Positions 25,501 through 37,689 of a stretch of 64,000 bases of DNA are shown here, piece by piece (within the stretch, counting starts at the first letter, position 1; each line of letters begins with the position of its first letter). This DNA comes from Macrostomum hystrix (taxonomy: Eukaryota; Animalia; Platyhelminthes). The position numbers and the translations under genes are program-made. The notes under the pieces are model-generated. The model was not told the origin of the DNA and searched no databases. It saw only the letters and a program-made list of their open reading frames with translations. The DNA lies in the NCBI GenBank assembly GCA_950097015.1, contig CATNEN010000028.1, positions 1 to 64,000 of the forward strand, written 5' to 3'.

Positions 25501-28500
25501 CCAGATTCAGTGAGGTGACGAAAAGTACTTTTAAAATGGGAGATATCAGAGTGGGGGGGACTCGAGGGTCTACAACTCCGAGACGCGAATAGTCAGGGCT
25601 CTGAAATTTTACAGCCGTGTTTACAGATAATGTTTCCTTCCAGATCTGAGTTTTCAGCTTCTTTTGACCACCAGATTCAGTGAGGTGACGAAAAGTACTT
25701 TTAAAATGGGAGATATCAGAGTGGGGGGGACTCGAGGGTCTACAACTCCGAGACGCGAATAGTCAGGGCTCTGAAATTTTACAGCCGTGTTTACAGATAA
25801 TGTTTCCTTCCAGATCTGAGTTTTCAGCTTCTTTTGACCACCAGATTCAGTGAGGTGACGAAAAGTACTTTTAAAATGGGAGATATCAGAGTGGGGGGGA
25901 CTCGAGGGTCTACAACTCCGAGACGCGACTAGTCAGGGCTCTGAAATTTTACAGCCGTGTTCACAGATAATGTTTCCTTCCAGATCTGAGTTTTCAGCTT
26001 CTTTTGACCACCAGATTCAGTGAGGTGACGAAAAGTACTTTTAAAATGGGAGATATCAGAGTGGGGGGGACTCGAGGGTCTACAACTCCGAGACGCGACT
26101 AGTCAGGGCTCTGAAATTTTACAGCCGTGTTTACAGATAATGTTTCCTTCCAGATCTGAGTTTTTAGCCTCGTCTGACCACCAGATTCAGTGAGGTGACG
26201 AAAAGTACTTTTAAAATGGGAGATATCAGAGTGGGGGGACTCGAGGGTCTACAACTCCGAGACGCGACTAGTCAGGGCTCTGAAATTTTACAGCCGTGTT
26301 CACAGATAATGTTTCCTTCCAGATCTGAGTTTTCAGCTTCTTTTGACCACCAGATTCAGTGAGGTGACGAAAAGTACTTTTAAAATGGGAGATATCAGAG
26401 TGGGGGGGACTCGAGGGTCTACAACTCCGAGACGCGAATAGTCAGGGCTCTGAAATTTTACAGCCGTGTTTACAGATAATGTTTCCTTCCAGATCTGAGT
26501 TTTCAGCTTCTTTTGACCACCAGATTCAGTGAGGTGACGAAAAGTACTTTTAAAATGGGAGATATCAGAGTGGGGGGGACTCGAGGGTCTACAACTCCGA
26601 GACGCGAATAGTCAGGGCTCTGAAATTTTACAGCCGTGTTTACAGATAATGTTTCCTTCCAGATCTGAGTTTTCAGCTTCTTTTGACCACCAGATTCAGT
26701 GAGGTGACGAAAAGTACTTTTAAAATGGGAGATATCAGAGTGGGGGGGACTCGAGGGTCTACAACTCCGAGACGCGAATAGTCAGGGCTCTGAAATTTTA
26801 CAGCCGTGTTTACAGATAATGTTTCCTTCCAGATCTGAGTTTTCAGCTTCTTTTGACCACCAGATTCAGTGAGGTGACGAAAAGTACTTTTAAAATGGGA
26901 GATATCAGAGTGGGGGGGACTCGAGGGTCTACAACTCCGAGACGCGACTAGTCAGGGCTCTGAAATTTTACAGCCGTGTTCACAGATAATGTTTCCTTCC
27001 AGATCTGAGTTTTCAGCTTCTTTTGACCACCAGATTCAGTGAGGTGACGAAAAGTACTTTTAAAATGGGAGATATCAGAGTGGGGGGGACTCGAGGGTCT
27101 ACAACTCCGAGACGCGACTAGTCAGGGCTCTGAAATTTTACAGCCGTGTTTACAGATAATGTTTCCTTCCAGATCTGAGTTTTTAGCCTCGTCTGACCAC
27201 CAGATTCAGTGAGGTGACGAAAAGTACTTTTAAAATGGGAGATATCAGAGTGGGGGGACTCGAGGGTCTACAACTCCGAGACGCGACTAGTCAGGGCTCT
27301 GAAATTTTACAGCCGTGTTCACAGATAATGTTTCCTTCCAGATCTGAGTTTTCAGCTTCTTTTGACCACCAGATTCAGTGAGGTGACGAAAAGTACTTTT
27401 AAAATGGGAGATATCAGAGTGGGGGGGACTCGAGGGTCTACAACTCCGAGACGCGACTAGTCAGGGCTCTGAAATTTTACAGCCGTGTTCACAGATAATG
27501 TTTCCTTCCAGATCTGAGTTTTTAGCCTCGTCTGACCACCAGATTCAGTGAGGTGACGAAAAGTACTTTTAAAATGGGAGATATCAGAGTGGGGGGGACT
27601 CGAGGGTCTACAACTCCGAGACGCGACTAGTCAGGGCTCTGAAATTTTACAGCCGTGTTCACAGATAATGTTTCCTTCCAGATCTGAGTTTTCAGCTTCT
27701 TTTGACCACCAGATTCAGTGAGGTGACGAAAAGTACTTTTAAAATGGGAGATATCAGAGTGGGGGGGACTCGAGGGTCTACAACTCCGAGACGCGACTAG
27801 TCAGGGCTCTGAAATTTTACAGCCGTGTTTACAGATAATGTTTCCTTCCAGATCTGAGTTTTTAGCCTCGTCTGACCACCAGATTCAGTGAGGTGACGAA
27901 AAGTACTTTTAAAATGGGAGATATCAGAGTGGGGGGACTCGAGGGTCTACAACTCCGAGACGCGACTAGTCAGGGCTCTGAAATTTTACAGCCGTGTTCA
28001 CAGATAATGTTTCCTTCCAGATCTGAGTTTTCAGCTTCTTTTGACCACCAGATTCAGTGAGGTGACGAAAAGTACTTTTAAAATGGGAGATATCAGAGTG
28101 GGGGGGACTCGAGGGTCTACAACTCCGAGACGCGAATAGTCAGGGCTCTGAAATTTTACAGCCGTGTTTACAGATAATGTTTCCTTCCAGATCTGAGTTT
28201 TCAGCTTCTTTTGACCACCAGATTCAGTGAGGTGACGAAAAGTACTTTTAAAATGGGAGATATCAGAGTGGGGGGGACTCGAGGGTCTACAACTCCGAGA
28301 CGCGAATAGTCAGGGCTCTGAAATTTTACAGCCGTGTTTACAGATAATGTTTCCTTCCAGATCTGAGTTTTCAGCTTCTTTTGACCACCAGATTCAGTGA
28401 GGTGACGAAAAGTACTTTTAAAATGGGAGATATCAGAGTGGGGGGGACTCGAGGGTCTACAACTCCGAGACGCGAATAGTCAGGGCTCTGAAATTTTACA

Positions 28501-31500
28501 GCCGTGTTCACAGATAATGTTTCCTTCCAGATCTGAGTTTTCAGCTTCTTTTGACCACCAGATTCAGTGAGGTGACGAAAAGTACTTTTAAAATGGGAGA
28601 TATCAGAGTGGGGGGGACTCGAGGGTCTACAACTCCGAGACGCGACTAGTCAGGGCTCTGAAATTTTACAGCCGTGTTCACAGATAATGTTTCCTTCCAG
28701 ATCTGAGTTTTCAGCTTCTTTTGACCACCAGATTCAGTGAGGTGACGAAAAGTACTTTTAAAATGGGAGATATCAGAGTGGGGGGGACTCGAGGGTCTAC
28801 AACTCCGAGACGCGACTAGTCAGGGCTCTGAAATTTTACAGCCGTGTTCACAGATAATGTTTCCTTCCAGATCTGAGTTTTTAGCCTCGTCTGACCACCA
28901 GATTCAGTGAGGTGACGAAAAGTACTTTTAAAATGGGAGATATCAGAGTGGGGGGGACTCGAGGGTCTACAACTCCGAGACGCGACTAGTCAGGGCTCTG
29001 AAGTTTTACAGCCGTGTTCACAGATAATGTTTCCTTCCAGATCTGAGTTTTCAGCTTCTTTTGACCACCAGATTCAGTGAGGTGACGAAAAGTACTTTTA
29101 AAATGGGAGATATCAGAGTGGGGGGGACTCGAGGGTCTACAACTCCGAGACGCGACTAGTCAGGGCTCTGAAATTTTACAGCCGTGTTTACAGATAATGT
29201 TTCCTTCCAGATCTGAGTTTTCAGCTTCTTTTGACCACCAGATTCAGTGAGGTGACGAAAAGTACTTTTAAAATGGGAGATATCAGAGTGGGGGGGACTC
29301 GAGGGTCTACAACTCCGAGACGCGAATAGTCAGGGCTCTGAAATTTTACAGCCGTGTTTACAGATAATGTTTCCTTCCAGATCTGAGTTTTCAAGTTCTT
29401 TTGACCACCAGATTCAGTGAGGTGACGAAAAGTACTTTTAAAATGGGAGATATCAGAGTGGGGGGGACTCGAGGGTCTACAACTCCGAGACGCGAATAGT
29501 CAGGGCTCTGAAATTTTACAGCCGTGTTTACAGATAATGTTTCCTTCCAGATCTGAGTTTTCAGCTTCTTTTGACCACCAGATTCAGTGAGGTGACGAAA
29601 AGTACTTTTAAAATGGGAGATATCAGAGTGGGGGGGACTCGAGGGTCTACAACTCCGAGACGCGACTAGTCAGGGCTCTGAAATTTTACAGCCGTGTTCA
29701 CAGATAATGTTTCCTTCCAGATCTGAGTTTTCAGCTTCTTTTGACCACCAGATTCAGTGAGGTGACGAAAAGTACTTTTAAAATGGGAGATATCAGAGTG
29801 GGGGGGACTCGAGGGTCTACAACTCCGAGACGCGACTAGTCAGGGCTCTGAAATTTTACAGCCGTGTTTACAGATAATGTTTCCTTCCAGATCTGAGTTT
29901 TTAGCCTCGTCTGACCACCAGATTCAGTGAGGTGACGAAAAGTACTTTTAAAATGGGAGATATCAGAGTGGGGGGACTCGAGGGTCTACAACTCCGAGAC
30001 GCGACTAGTCAGGGCTCTGAAATTTTACAGCCGTGTTCACAGATAATGTTTCCTTCCAGATCTGAGTTTTCAGCTTCTTTTGACCACCAGATTCAGTGAG
30101 GTGACGAAAAGTACTTTTAAAATGGGAGATATCAGAGTGGGGGGGACTCGAGGGTCTACAACTCCGAGACGCGAATAGTCAGGGCTCTGAAATTTTACAG
30201 CCGTGTTTACAGATAATGTTTCCTTCCAGATCTGAGTTTTCAGCTTCTTTTGACCACCAGATTCAGTGAGGTGACGAAAAGTACTTTTAAAATGGGAGAT
30301 ATCAGAGTGGGGGGGACTCGAGGGTCTACAACTCCGAGACGCGAATAGTCAGGGCTCTGAAATTTTACAGCCGTGTTTACAGATAATGTTTCCTTCCAGA
30401 TCTGAGTTTTCAGCTTCTTTTGACCACCAGATTCAGTGAGGTGACGAAAAGTACTTTTAAAATGGGAGATATCAGAGTGGGGGGGACTCGAGGGTCTACA
30501 ACTCCGAGACGCGAATAGTCAGGGCTCTGAAATTTTACAGCCGTGTTTACAGATAATGTTTCCTTCCAGATCTGAGTTTTCAGCTTCTTTTGACCACCAG
30601 ATTCAGTGAGGTGACGAAAAGTACTTTTAAAATGGGAGATATCAGAGTGGGGGGGACTCGAGGGTCTACAACTCCGAGACGCGACTAGTCAGGGCTCTGA
30701 AATTTTACAGCCGTGTTCACAGATAATGTTTCCTTCCAGATCTGAGTTTTCAGCTTCTTTTGACCACCAGATTCAGTGAGGTGACGAAAAGTACTTTTAA
30801 AATGGGAGATATCAGAGTGGGGGGGACTCGAGGGTCTACAACTCCGAGACGCGACTAGTCAGGGCTCTGAAATTTTACAGCCGTGTTTACAGATAATGTT
30901 TCCTTCCAGATCTGAGTTTTTAGCCTCGTCTGACCACCAGATTCAGTGAGGTGACGAAAAGTACTTTTAAAATGGGAGATATCAGAGTGGGGGGACTCGA
31001 GGGTCTACAACTCCGAGACGCGACTAGTCAGGGCTCTGAAATTTTACAGCCGTGTTCACAGATAATGTTTCCTTCCAGATCTGAGTTTTCAGCTTCTTTT
31101 GACCACCAGATTCAGTGAGGTGACGAAAAGTACTTTTAAAATGGGAGATATCAGAGTGGGGGGGACTCGAGGGTCTACAACTCCGAGACGCGACTAGTCA
31201 GGGCTCTGAAATTTTACAGCCGTGTTCACAGATAATGTTTCCTTCCAGATCTGAGTTTTCAGCTTCTTTTGACCACCAGATTCAGTGAGGTGACGAAAAG
31301 TACTTTTAAAATGGGAGATATCAGAGTGGGGGGGACTCGAGGGTCTACAACTCCGAGACGCGACTAGTCAGGGCTCTGAAATTTTACAGCCGTGTTTACA
31401 GATAATGTTTCCTTCCAGATCTGAGTTTTTAGCCTCGTCTGACCACCAGATTCAGTGAGGTGACGAAAAGTACTTTTAAAATGGGAGATATCAGAGTGGG

Positions 31501-34500
31501 GGGACTCGAGGGTCTACAACTCCGAGACGCGACTAGTCAGGGCTCTGAAATTTTACAGCCGTGTTCACAGATAATGTTTCCTTCCAGATCTGAGTTTTCA
31601 GCTTCTTTTGACCACCAGATTCAGTGAGGTGACGAAAAGTACTTTTAAAATGGGAGATATCAGAGTGGGGGGGACTCGAGGGTCTACAACTCCGAGACGC
31701 GAATAGTCAGGGCTCTGAAATTTTACAGCCGTGTTTACAGATAATGTTTCCTTCCAGATCTGAGTTTTTAGCCTCGTCTGACCACCAGATTCAGTGAGGT
31801 GACGAAAAGTACTTTTAAAATGGGAGATATCAGAGTGGGGGGGACTCGAGGGTCTACAACTCCGAGACGTGACTAGTCAGGGCTCTGAAATTTTACAGCC
31901 GTGTTCACAGATAATGTTTCCTTCCAGATCTGAGTTTTCAGCTTCTTTTGACCACCAGATTCAGTGAGGTGACGAAAAGTACTTTTAAAATGGGAGATAT
32001 CAGAGTGGGGGGGACTCGAGGGTCTACAACTCCGAGACGCGACTAGTCAGGGCTCTGAAATTTTACAGCCGTGTTCACAGATAATGTTTCCTTCCAGATC
32101 TGAGTTTTCAGCTTCTTTTGACCACCAGATTCAGTGAGGTGACGAAAAGTACTTTTAAAATGGGAGATATCAGAGTGGGGGGGACTCGAGGGTCTACAAC
32201 TCCGAGACGCGAATAGTCAGGGCTCTGAAATTTTACAGCCGTGTTTACAGATAATGTTTCCTTCCAGATCTGAGTTTTCAGCTTCTTTTGACCACCAGAT
32301 TCAGTGAGGTGACGAAAAGTACTTTTAAAATGGGAGATATCAGAGTGGGGGGGACTCGAGGGTCTACAACTCCGAGACGCGAATAGTCAGGGCTCTGAAA
32401 TTTTACAGCCGTGTTTACAGATAATGTTTCCTTCCAGATCTGAGTTTTCAGCTTCTTTTGACCACCAGATTCAGTGAGGTGACGAAAAGTACTTTTAAAA
32501 TGGGAGATATCAGAGTGGGGGGGACTCGAGGGTCTACAACTCCGAGACGCGAATAGTCAGGGCTCTGAAATTTTACAGCCGTGTTTACAGATAATGTTTC
32601 CTTCCAGATCTAAGTTTTTAGCCTCGTCTGACCACCAGATTCAGTGAGGTGACGAAAAGTACTTTTAAAATGGGAGATATCAGAGTGGGGGGGACTCGAG
32701 GGTCTACAACTCCGAGACGCGACTAGTCAGGGCTCTGAAATTTTACAGCCGTGTTCACAGATAATGTTTCCTTCCAGATCTGAGTTTTCAGCTTCTTTTG
32801 ACCACCAGATTCAGTGAGGTGACGAAAAGTACTTTTAAAATGGGAGATATCAGAGTGGGGGGGACTCGAGGGTCTACAACTCCGAGACGCGAATAGTCAG
32901 GGCTCTGAAATTTTACAGCCGTGTTCACAGATAATGTTTCCTTCCAGATCTGAGTTTTTAGCCTCGTCTGACCACCAGATTCAGTGAGGTGACGAAAAGT
33001 ACTTTTAAAATGGGAGATATCAGAGTGGGGGGGACTCGAGGGTCTACAACTCCGAGACGCGACTAGTCAGGGCTCTGAAATTTTACAGCCGTGTTCACAG
33101 ATAATGTTTCCTTCCAGATCTGAGTTTTCAGCTTCTTTTGACCACCAGATTCAGTGAGGTGACGAAAAGTACTTTTAAAATGGGAGATATCAGAGTGGGG
33201 GGGACTCGAGGGTCTACAACTCCGAGACGTGACTAGTCAGGGCTCTGAAATTTTACAGCCGTGTTCACAGATAATGTTTCCTTCCAGATCTGAGTTTTCA
33301 GCTTCTTTTGACCACCAGATTCAGTGAGGTGACGAAAAGTACTTTTAAAATGGGAGATATCAGAGTGGGGGGGACTCGAGGGTCTACAACTCCGAGACGC
33401 GACTAGTCAGGGCTCTGAAATTTTACAGCCGTGTTCACAGATAATGTTTCCTTCCAGATCTGAGTTTTCAGCTTCTTTTGACCACCAGATTCAGTGAGGT
33501 GACGAAAAGTACTTTTAAAATGGGAGATATCAGAGTGGGGGGGACTCGAGGGTCTACAACTCCGAGACGCGAATAGTCAGGGCTCTGAAATTTTACAGCC
33601 GTGTTTACAGATAATGTTTCCTTCCAGATCTGAGTTTTCAGCTTCTTTTGACCACCAGATTCAGTGAGGTGACGAAAAGTACTTTTAAAATGGGAGATAT
33701 CAGAGTGGGGGGGACTCGAGGGTCTACAACTCCGAGACGCGAATAGTCAGGGCTCTGAAATTTTACAGCCGTGTTTACAGATAATGTTTCCTTCCAGATC
33801 TGAGTTTTCAGCTTCTTTTGACCACCAGATTCAGTGAGGTGACGAAAAGTACTTTTAAAATGGGAGATATCAGAGTGGGGGGGACTCGAGGGTCTACAAC
33901 TCCGAGACGCGAATAGTCAGGGCTCTGAAATTTTACAGCCGTGTTTACAGATAATGTTTCCTTCCAGATCTAAGTTTTTAGCCTCGTCTGACCACCAGAT
34001 TCAGTGAGGTGACGAAAAGTACTTTTAAAATGGGAGATATCAGAGTGGGGGGGACTCGAGGGTCTACAACTCCGAGACGCGACTAGTCAGGGCTCTGAAA
34101 TTTTACAGCCGTGTTCACAGATAATGTTTCCTTCCAGATCTGAGTTTTCAGCTTCTTTTGACCACCAGATTCAGTGAGGTGACGAAAAGTACTTTTAAAA
34201 TGGGAGATATCAGAGTGGGGGGGACTCGAGGGTCTACAACTCCGAGACGCGAATAGTCAGGGCTCTGAAATTTTACAGCCGTGTTCACAGATAATGTTTC
34301 CTTCCAGATCTGAGTTTTTAGCCTCGTCTGACCACCAGATTCAGTGAGGTGACGAAAAGTACTTTTAAAATGGGAGATATCAGAGTGGGGGGGACTCGAG
34401 GGTCTACAACTCCGAGACGCGACTAGTCAGGGCTCTGAAATTTTACAGCCGTGTTCACAGATAATGTTTCCTTCCAGATCTGAGTTTTCAGCTTCTTTTG

Positions 34501-34645
34501 ACCACCAGATTCAGTGAGGTGACGAAAAGTACTTTTAAAATGGGAGATATCAGAGTGGGGGGGACTCGAGGGTCTACAACTCCGAGACGCGACACGTCAG
34601 GGCTCTGAAATTTTACAGCCGTGTTCACAGATAATGTTTCCTTCC
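22592..34645 (-). repeat. Right arm: inverted tandem array of the same 170-bp satellite, ~71 units
   Basis: Reverse complement of the left-arm unit with the same diagnostic variants. The outermost unit carries the private variant gacacg (34591-34596), mirroring cgtgtc (251-256). Confidence 0.98.
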
Positions 34646-34844
34646 TTATCATTGCTCTCAGCTGTATATGATGTACGAGTAATAATCCTGCGAAGCGCAA
34701 AAGTGAGGTTATATTTTTAGTTTTTTTGATGAAGTTTACGATGATTATAAAAAAAATAAATTTTACAAACACATTTAATGAGGTGAGTTTTGAGTTGTGA
34801 TTTTAGTAGTTGCGATATTTAGTAAACCGCTTTTTGTATTCGTT
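34646..34844 (-). repeat. Right outer unique segment of the terminal inverted repeat (may extend further right)
   Basis: Reverse complement of 2-200. Confidence 0.93.
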
Positions 34845-35631
34845 TACTCAGTTGGTTGAGCAAATTTGTTTTATTCTATGAAAAAATGTATTAAAAAACG
34901 TTTTGTGAAAGTAAACCATTTTTTGTGTGTTGTGCGCAAGTCCGTCGATATTTATTAATTTTATTCTCAATAATGATATTTTCGGACCGATATATAAGTA
35001 TTTCATCTGTTAGAAGTCTTTTTATTAGTTGCTTGTCGATTTTTTGTTGGCTATAACATAATTTTTTTCTGGTACTGGTTCTGGTACTGGTTCTGGTACT
35101 GGAAGTATAGACGTAGCTAAGGAGTAGGCCTACAGTACATCCAAAAATTGTATTGTCAGCAAATATATTTTATTTGTTGCATGTATCATCAACCGAACAA
35201 GAATATGCATTTTTTTAACTTCAAACCTAAGCTACAAATTTTATATTTTAGATATCATGATAAATCAAAAGCCAAGTTATAGAAAACTGTTTTGTCTTTC
35301 TACATAGTATCTGCTTTTGCAATTTTGTCAAATTGTTATTCATGTTTTTCATCTAAAACCAAACAATGATTTTCATGTATATTCAAACCAAACAGAGAAT
35401 TTGATGTTCAGTTTTTTAATTTGAGTGAGTTGTTTAATATTATTTTAAGGAGTGATCTATCATGAATTAGGTCATTTGAAAGAATTTTTATGCTCTATAA
35501 ATAACTACATTTATGGTAATTTAATTGGAAAGCAACCACATATAATCTTAGTCTAAAGTACATGCTGAAAAAATGCTGTCAAAAAGTATGCTTTTGTGAT
35601 AAAAATTTCTACTGAAACATCCATATCTTTC

Positions 35632-35996
35632 AGGGGGTTGGTGGCAGAGCGGTTAACGCGTTTGCCACTCGCACCACAGTCCCTAAGTTCGATTCCATGG
35701 CGAGGCCACATTTATTTGGGGCGCAGCTGCTGAGAGAAGGTTGGGGGGCTTGTCATGCAATTTACGCCCTTGAGGGCCAACCTCCAAGGCACAGTGAGAG
35801 TGTACACTGCCTGACGATGAGAAAGTCAGGGCAGATGTACACACCTGTGTGAGCGTATGCCTGCGTACAGTATCTGTGTGCGTGTGTGCTCAGGAGTCAG
35901 CGAAATGGGCAGAATTGCCTCCTTGCTGGCTGCGGGTCTAGTGTCACCAAACTATGTGTCATTGCCCGCAGCCCTCCTGCAATTATTATTATTATT
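35632..35996 (+). mobile_element. tRNA-derived SINE, full length, with 13-bp TSD
   Basis: A box TGGCAGAGCGG (35642-35652), B box GTTCGATTCC (35687-35696), (ATT)n tail. TSD atccatatctttc at 35619-35631 and 35997-36009. Confidence 0.85.
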
Positions 35997-36438
35997 ATCC
36001 ATATCTTTCTTTCTTTTTAATGCTTCATTGCATGTCATGCCTTAGCTTGTAAATAATTTCATTGACATTCAAAATAGTTGTTCTGTGAAATACAATAGCT
36101 TGTTTCTGTCTTGCACAAGACCAAGGAAGGAGTCAAAATTCTTGTTCGGTTTTGAAGATGATGTTTGGTTGATGATACATTACCCTAGCCATATTATTGC
36201 TGACAACAAAGCCAAAAGCTGAACAAAAACTTTCATTTTATTAGATATCATTAGTTTTTTTCAGAAATATTTTTTAATTATAATAGTCTTATTCAATTTC
36301 TGTTATATTATTAGAGTTGTTAAGCACCTAAACAAAAAAATGTTTCTATAATGTTTATATGTATATATAAGAATACATATTTTTATAATTTTTTAATAAT
36401 AATTTTATAATTCTTTCAGACTAATAAATTTTAAAATC

Positions 36439-37276
36439 ATGGGAAAGCACAAGTCAAAGAAGCATGCCACTGAAGAAGCTGAAGCTGAGGAGGTTGTAGC
36501 TACTGAAGAGGCTCCAGCTGAGGCAGAGGAAGCTACAGAAGGCACTGAGGCAAAGGGTCGCAGGCCACAGGTGGGTCAAATTGACTAGCATTGACTTTTT
36601 GGTTAGCTATGGTTAGCCTCTTTTACTCAAGACAGTTTAATCAAGACAGTAGAAATAAACAATCCTTATTTCTAACGCTGTAGCCTACTTCAGGCTATTA
36701 ATCCCATGGTTTAACCTGGGGCTGAGGGATATGACCTCATGGTCTAGCCAAGGACTGGAGAATCAACCATAAAAGGTGTGCTAAAAGTTCTTCTGGAAAA
36801 GCAGCTGAATGTGTGTAGTGTATCAGCACTATATAATTAGGTCTAACCCACCCTCTACCCAACAGGTGAAGAGGTCCTACGAGGAACAGTTGCACTACGT
36901 GACACCAATTTCCAATCCCATGGCGCCAAAGAAGACCAACAAGAAGCTGCTCAAACTGATTCGCAAGGCCAAGCGAAGCAAGCGAGTACACCAGGGTGTG
37001 AAGCTCATCCCGAAGCTCATTGTCAAGAAGCGACAATCCGGCATTGTTGTGATCGCCGGTGACGTCACCCCAATCGATGTGGTGTCTCACCTGCCCCTGC
37101 TACTAGAAGAGCACAGCATTCCCTATTGCTATTCGCCATCCAAACGTGAAATCGGCGCCGCCTGCGGCTCCAGGCGCGGCATCGCCCTGGTGTTTGTCCA
37201 GCGGCACGACGACTTCGGCGACCTGTTCGATAAGATGCGCGACCGACTGCTGGAGCTGCCGCTGCCGATCTCTTGA
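36439..37276 (+). CDS. NHP2: H/ACA snoRNP subunit NHP2 (L7Ae family); exons 36439-36570 and 36866-37276, 180 aa
   Basis: Phase-0 GT-AG intron (cag|gtgggt ... aacag|gtg). The protein has PISNPMA..KKLLKLIRKA, GVK, GIVVIAGDVTPIDVVSHLP, PYCYSPSKREIGAACGS and C-terminal LPLP, as in NHP2. Acidic N-terminal exon. Confidence 0.9.
36704..36836 (+). ncRNA. Candidate intronic H/ACA-like RNA (unconfirmed)
   Basis: Hairpin 36706-36770 with an internal loop, ANANNA-matching ATAAAA at 36769-36774, a weaker second hairpin, and ATA at 36831-36833. Length ~130 nt. Confidence 0.2.
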
Positions 37277-37689
37277 AGGCTGAATTTGGCACCTTTTGAC
37301 TGACATCGTGTTTTATCACTGGGCTTGGGGTATTATTAGTGTGTTAGAATAATTAATGTGCATTTTTATCTGGGTCAATGGGTGGATTAAAGTCCAAAAG
37401 TTGTTTTCATTGTTTGTCTGCTTGTACATACTCTCCGTTATGTGTTCTTTAAAAGTTAAATAAGTTTTCGCAGCTTTTAACAGCAGTACTGCAGTTTGTC
37501 AATTAAATCTATAAAACTAAGCTGACGCAAGCTCCGGCCATTCTAAGGAGTCCTGGCTTTATCGCACGAATGTGCCATGCGTCCGTTTTTTAAAATGCTG
37601 CATTTCTGGAATTGTGCCTTGTTCTTCCTTCACTTTTAAAGGACATTTCTTAGGTTGCATGACACCCACTGCCCTTCACATTCAACCCT

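Larger units (their letters stand above)
2..34844 (+). mobile_element. Giant (>=34.8 kb) foldback-type Mutator/MULE (FB-NOF-like) DNA transposon with satellite-built inverted arms
   Basis: Bases 2-200 are the reverse complement of 34646-34844 (two 1-bp homopolymer indels). Inward of these are inverted arrays of the same 170-bp unit, flanking a central DDE transposase ORF. The left terminus and TSD are not visible because the window starts inside or at the TIR. Confidence 0.9.

Noticed and set aside
201-34645. CRISPR array interpretation of the 170-bp repeats
   Set aside because: No unique spacers, head-to-tail monomers, no cas genes, eukaryotic context.
2-34844. Simple fold-back (missed adapter or chimeric read) assembly artefact
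   Set aside because: The arms differ in length, inner unit order and private variants, and surround 5.5 kb of unique sequence. Exact arm lengths remain uncertain, especially in the noisy first ~6 kb.
34845-34861. tactcagttggttgagc resembling a tRNA D-arm, and a possible element terminus/TSD
   Set aside because: No B box or cloverleaf follows. A TSD cannot be tested without the left flank.
35811-35824. Hammerhead-like CTGACGA...GAAA in the SINE
   Set aside because: Only 3 nt separate the motifs, so there is no stem II, and they sit in an ordinary hairpin loop.
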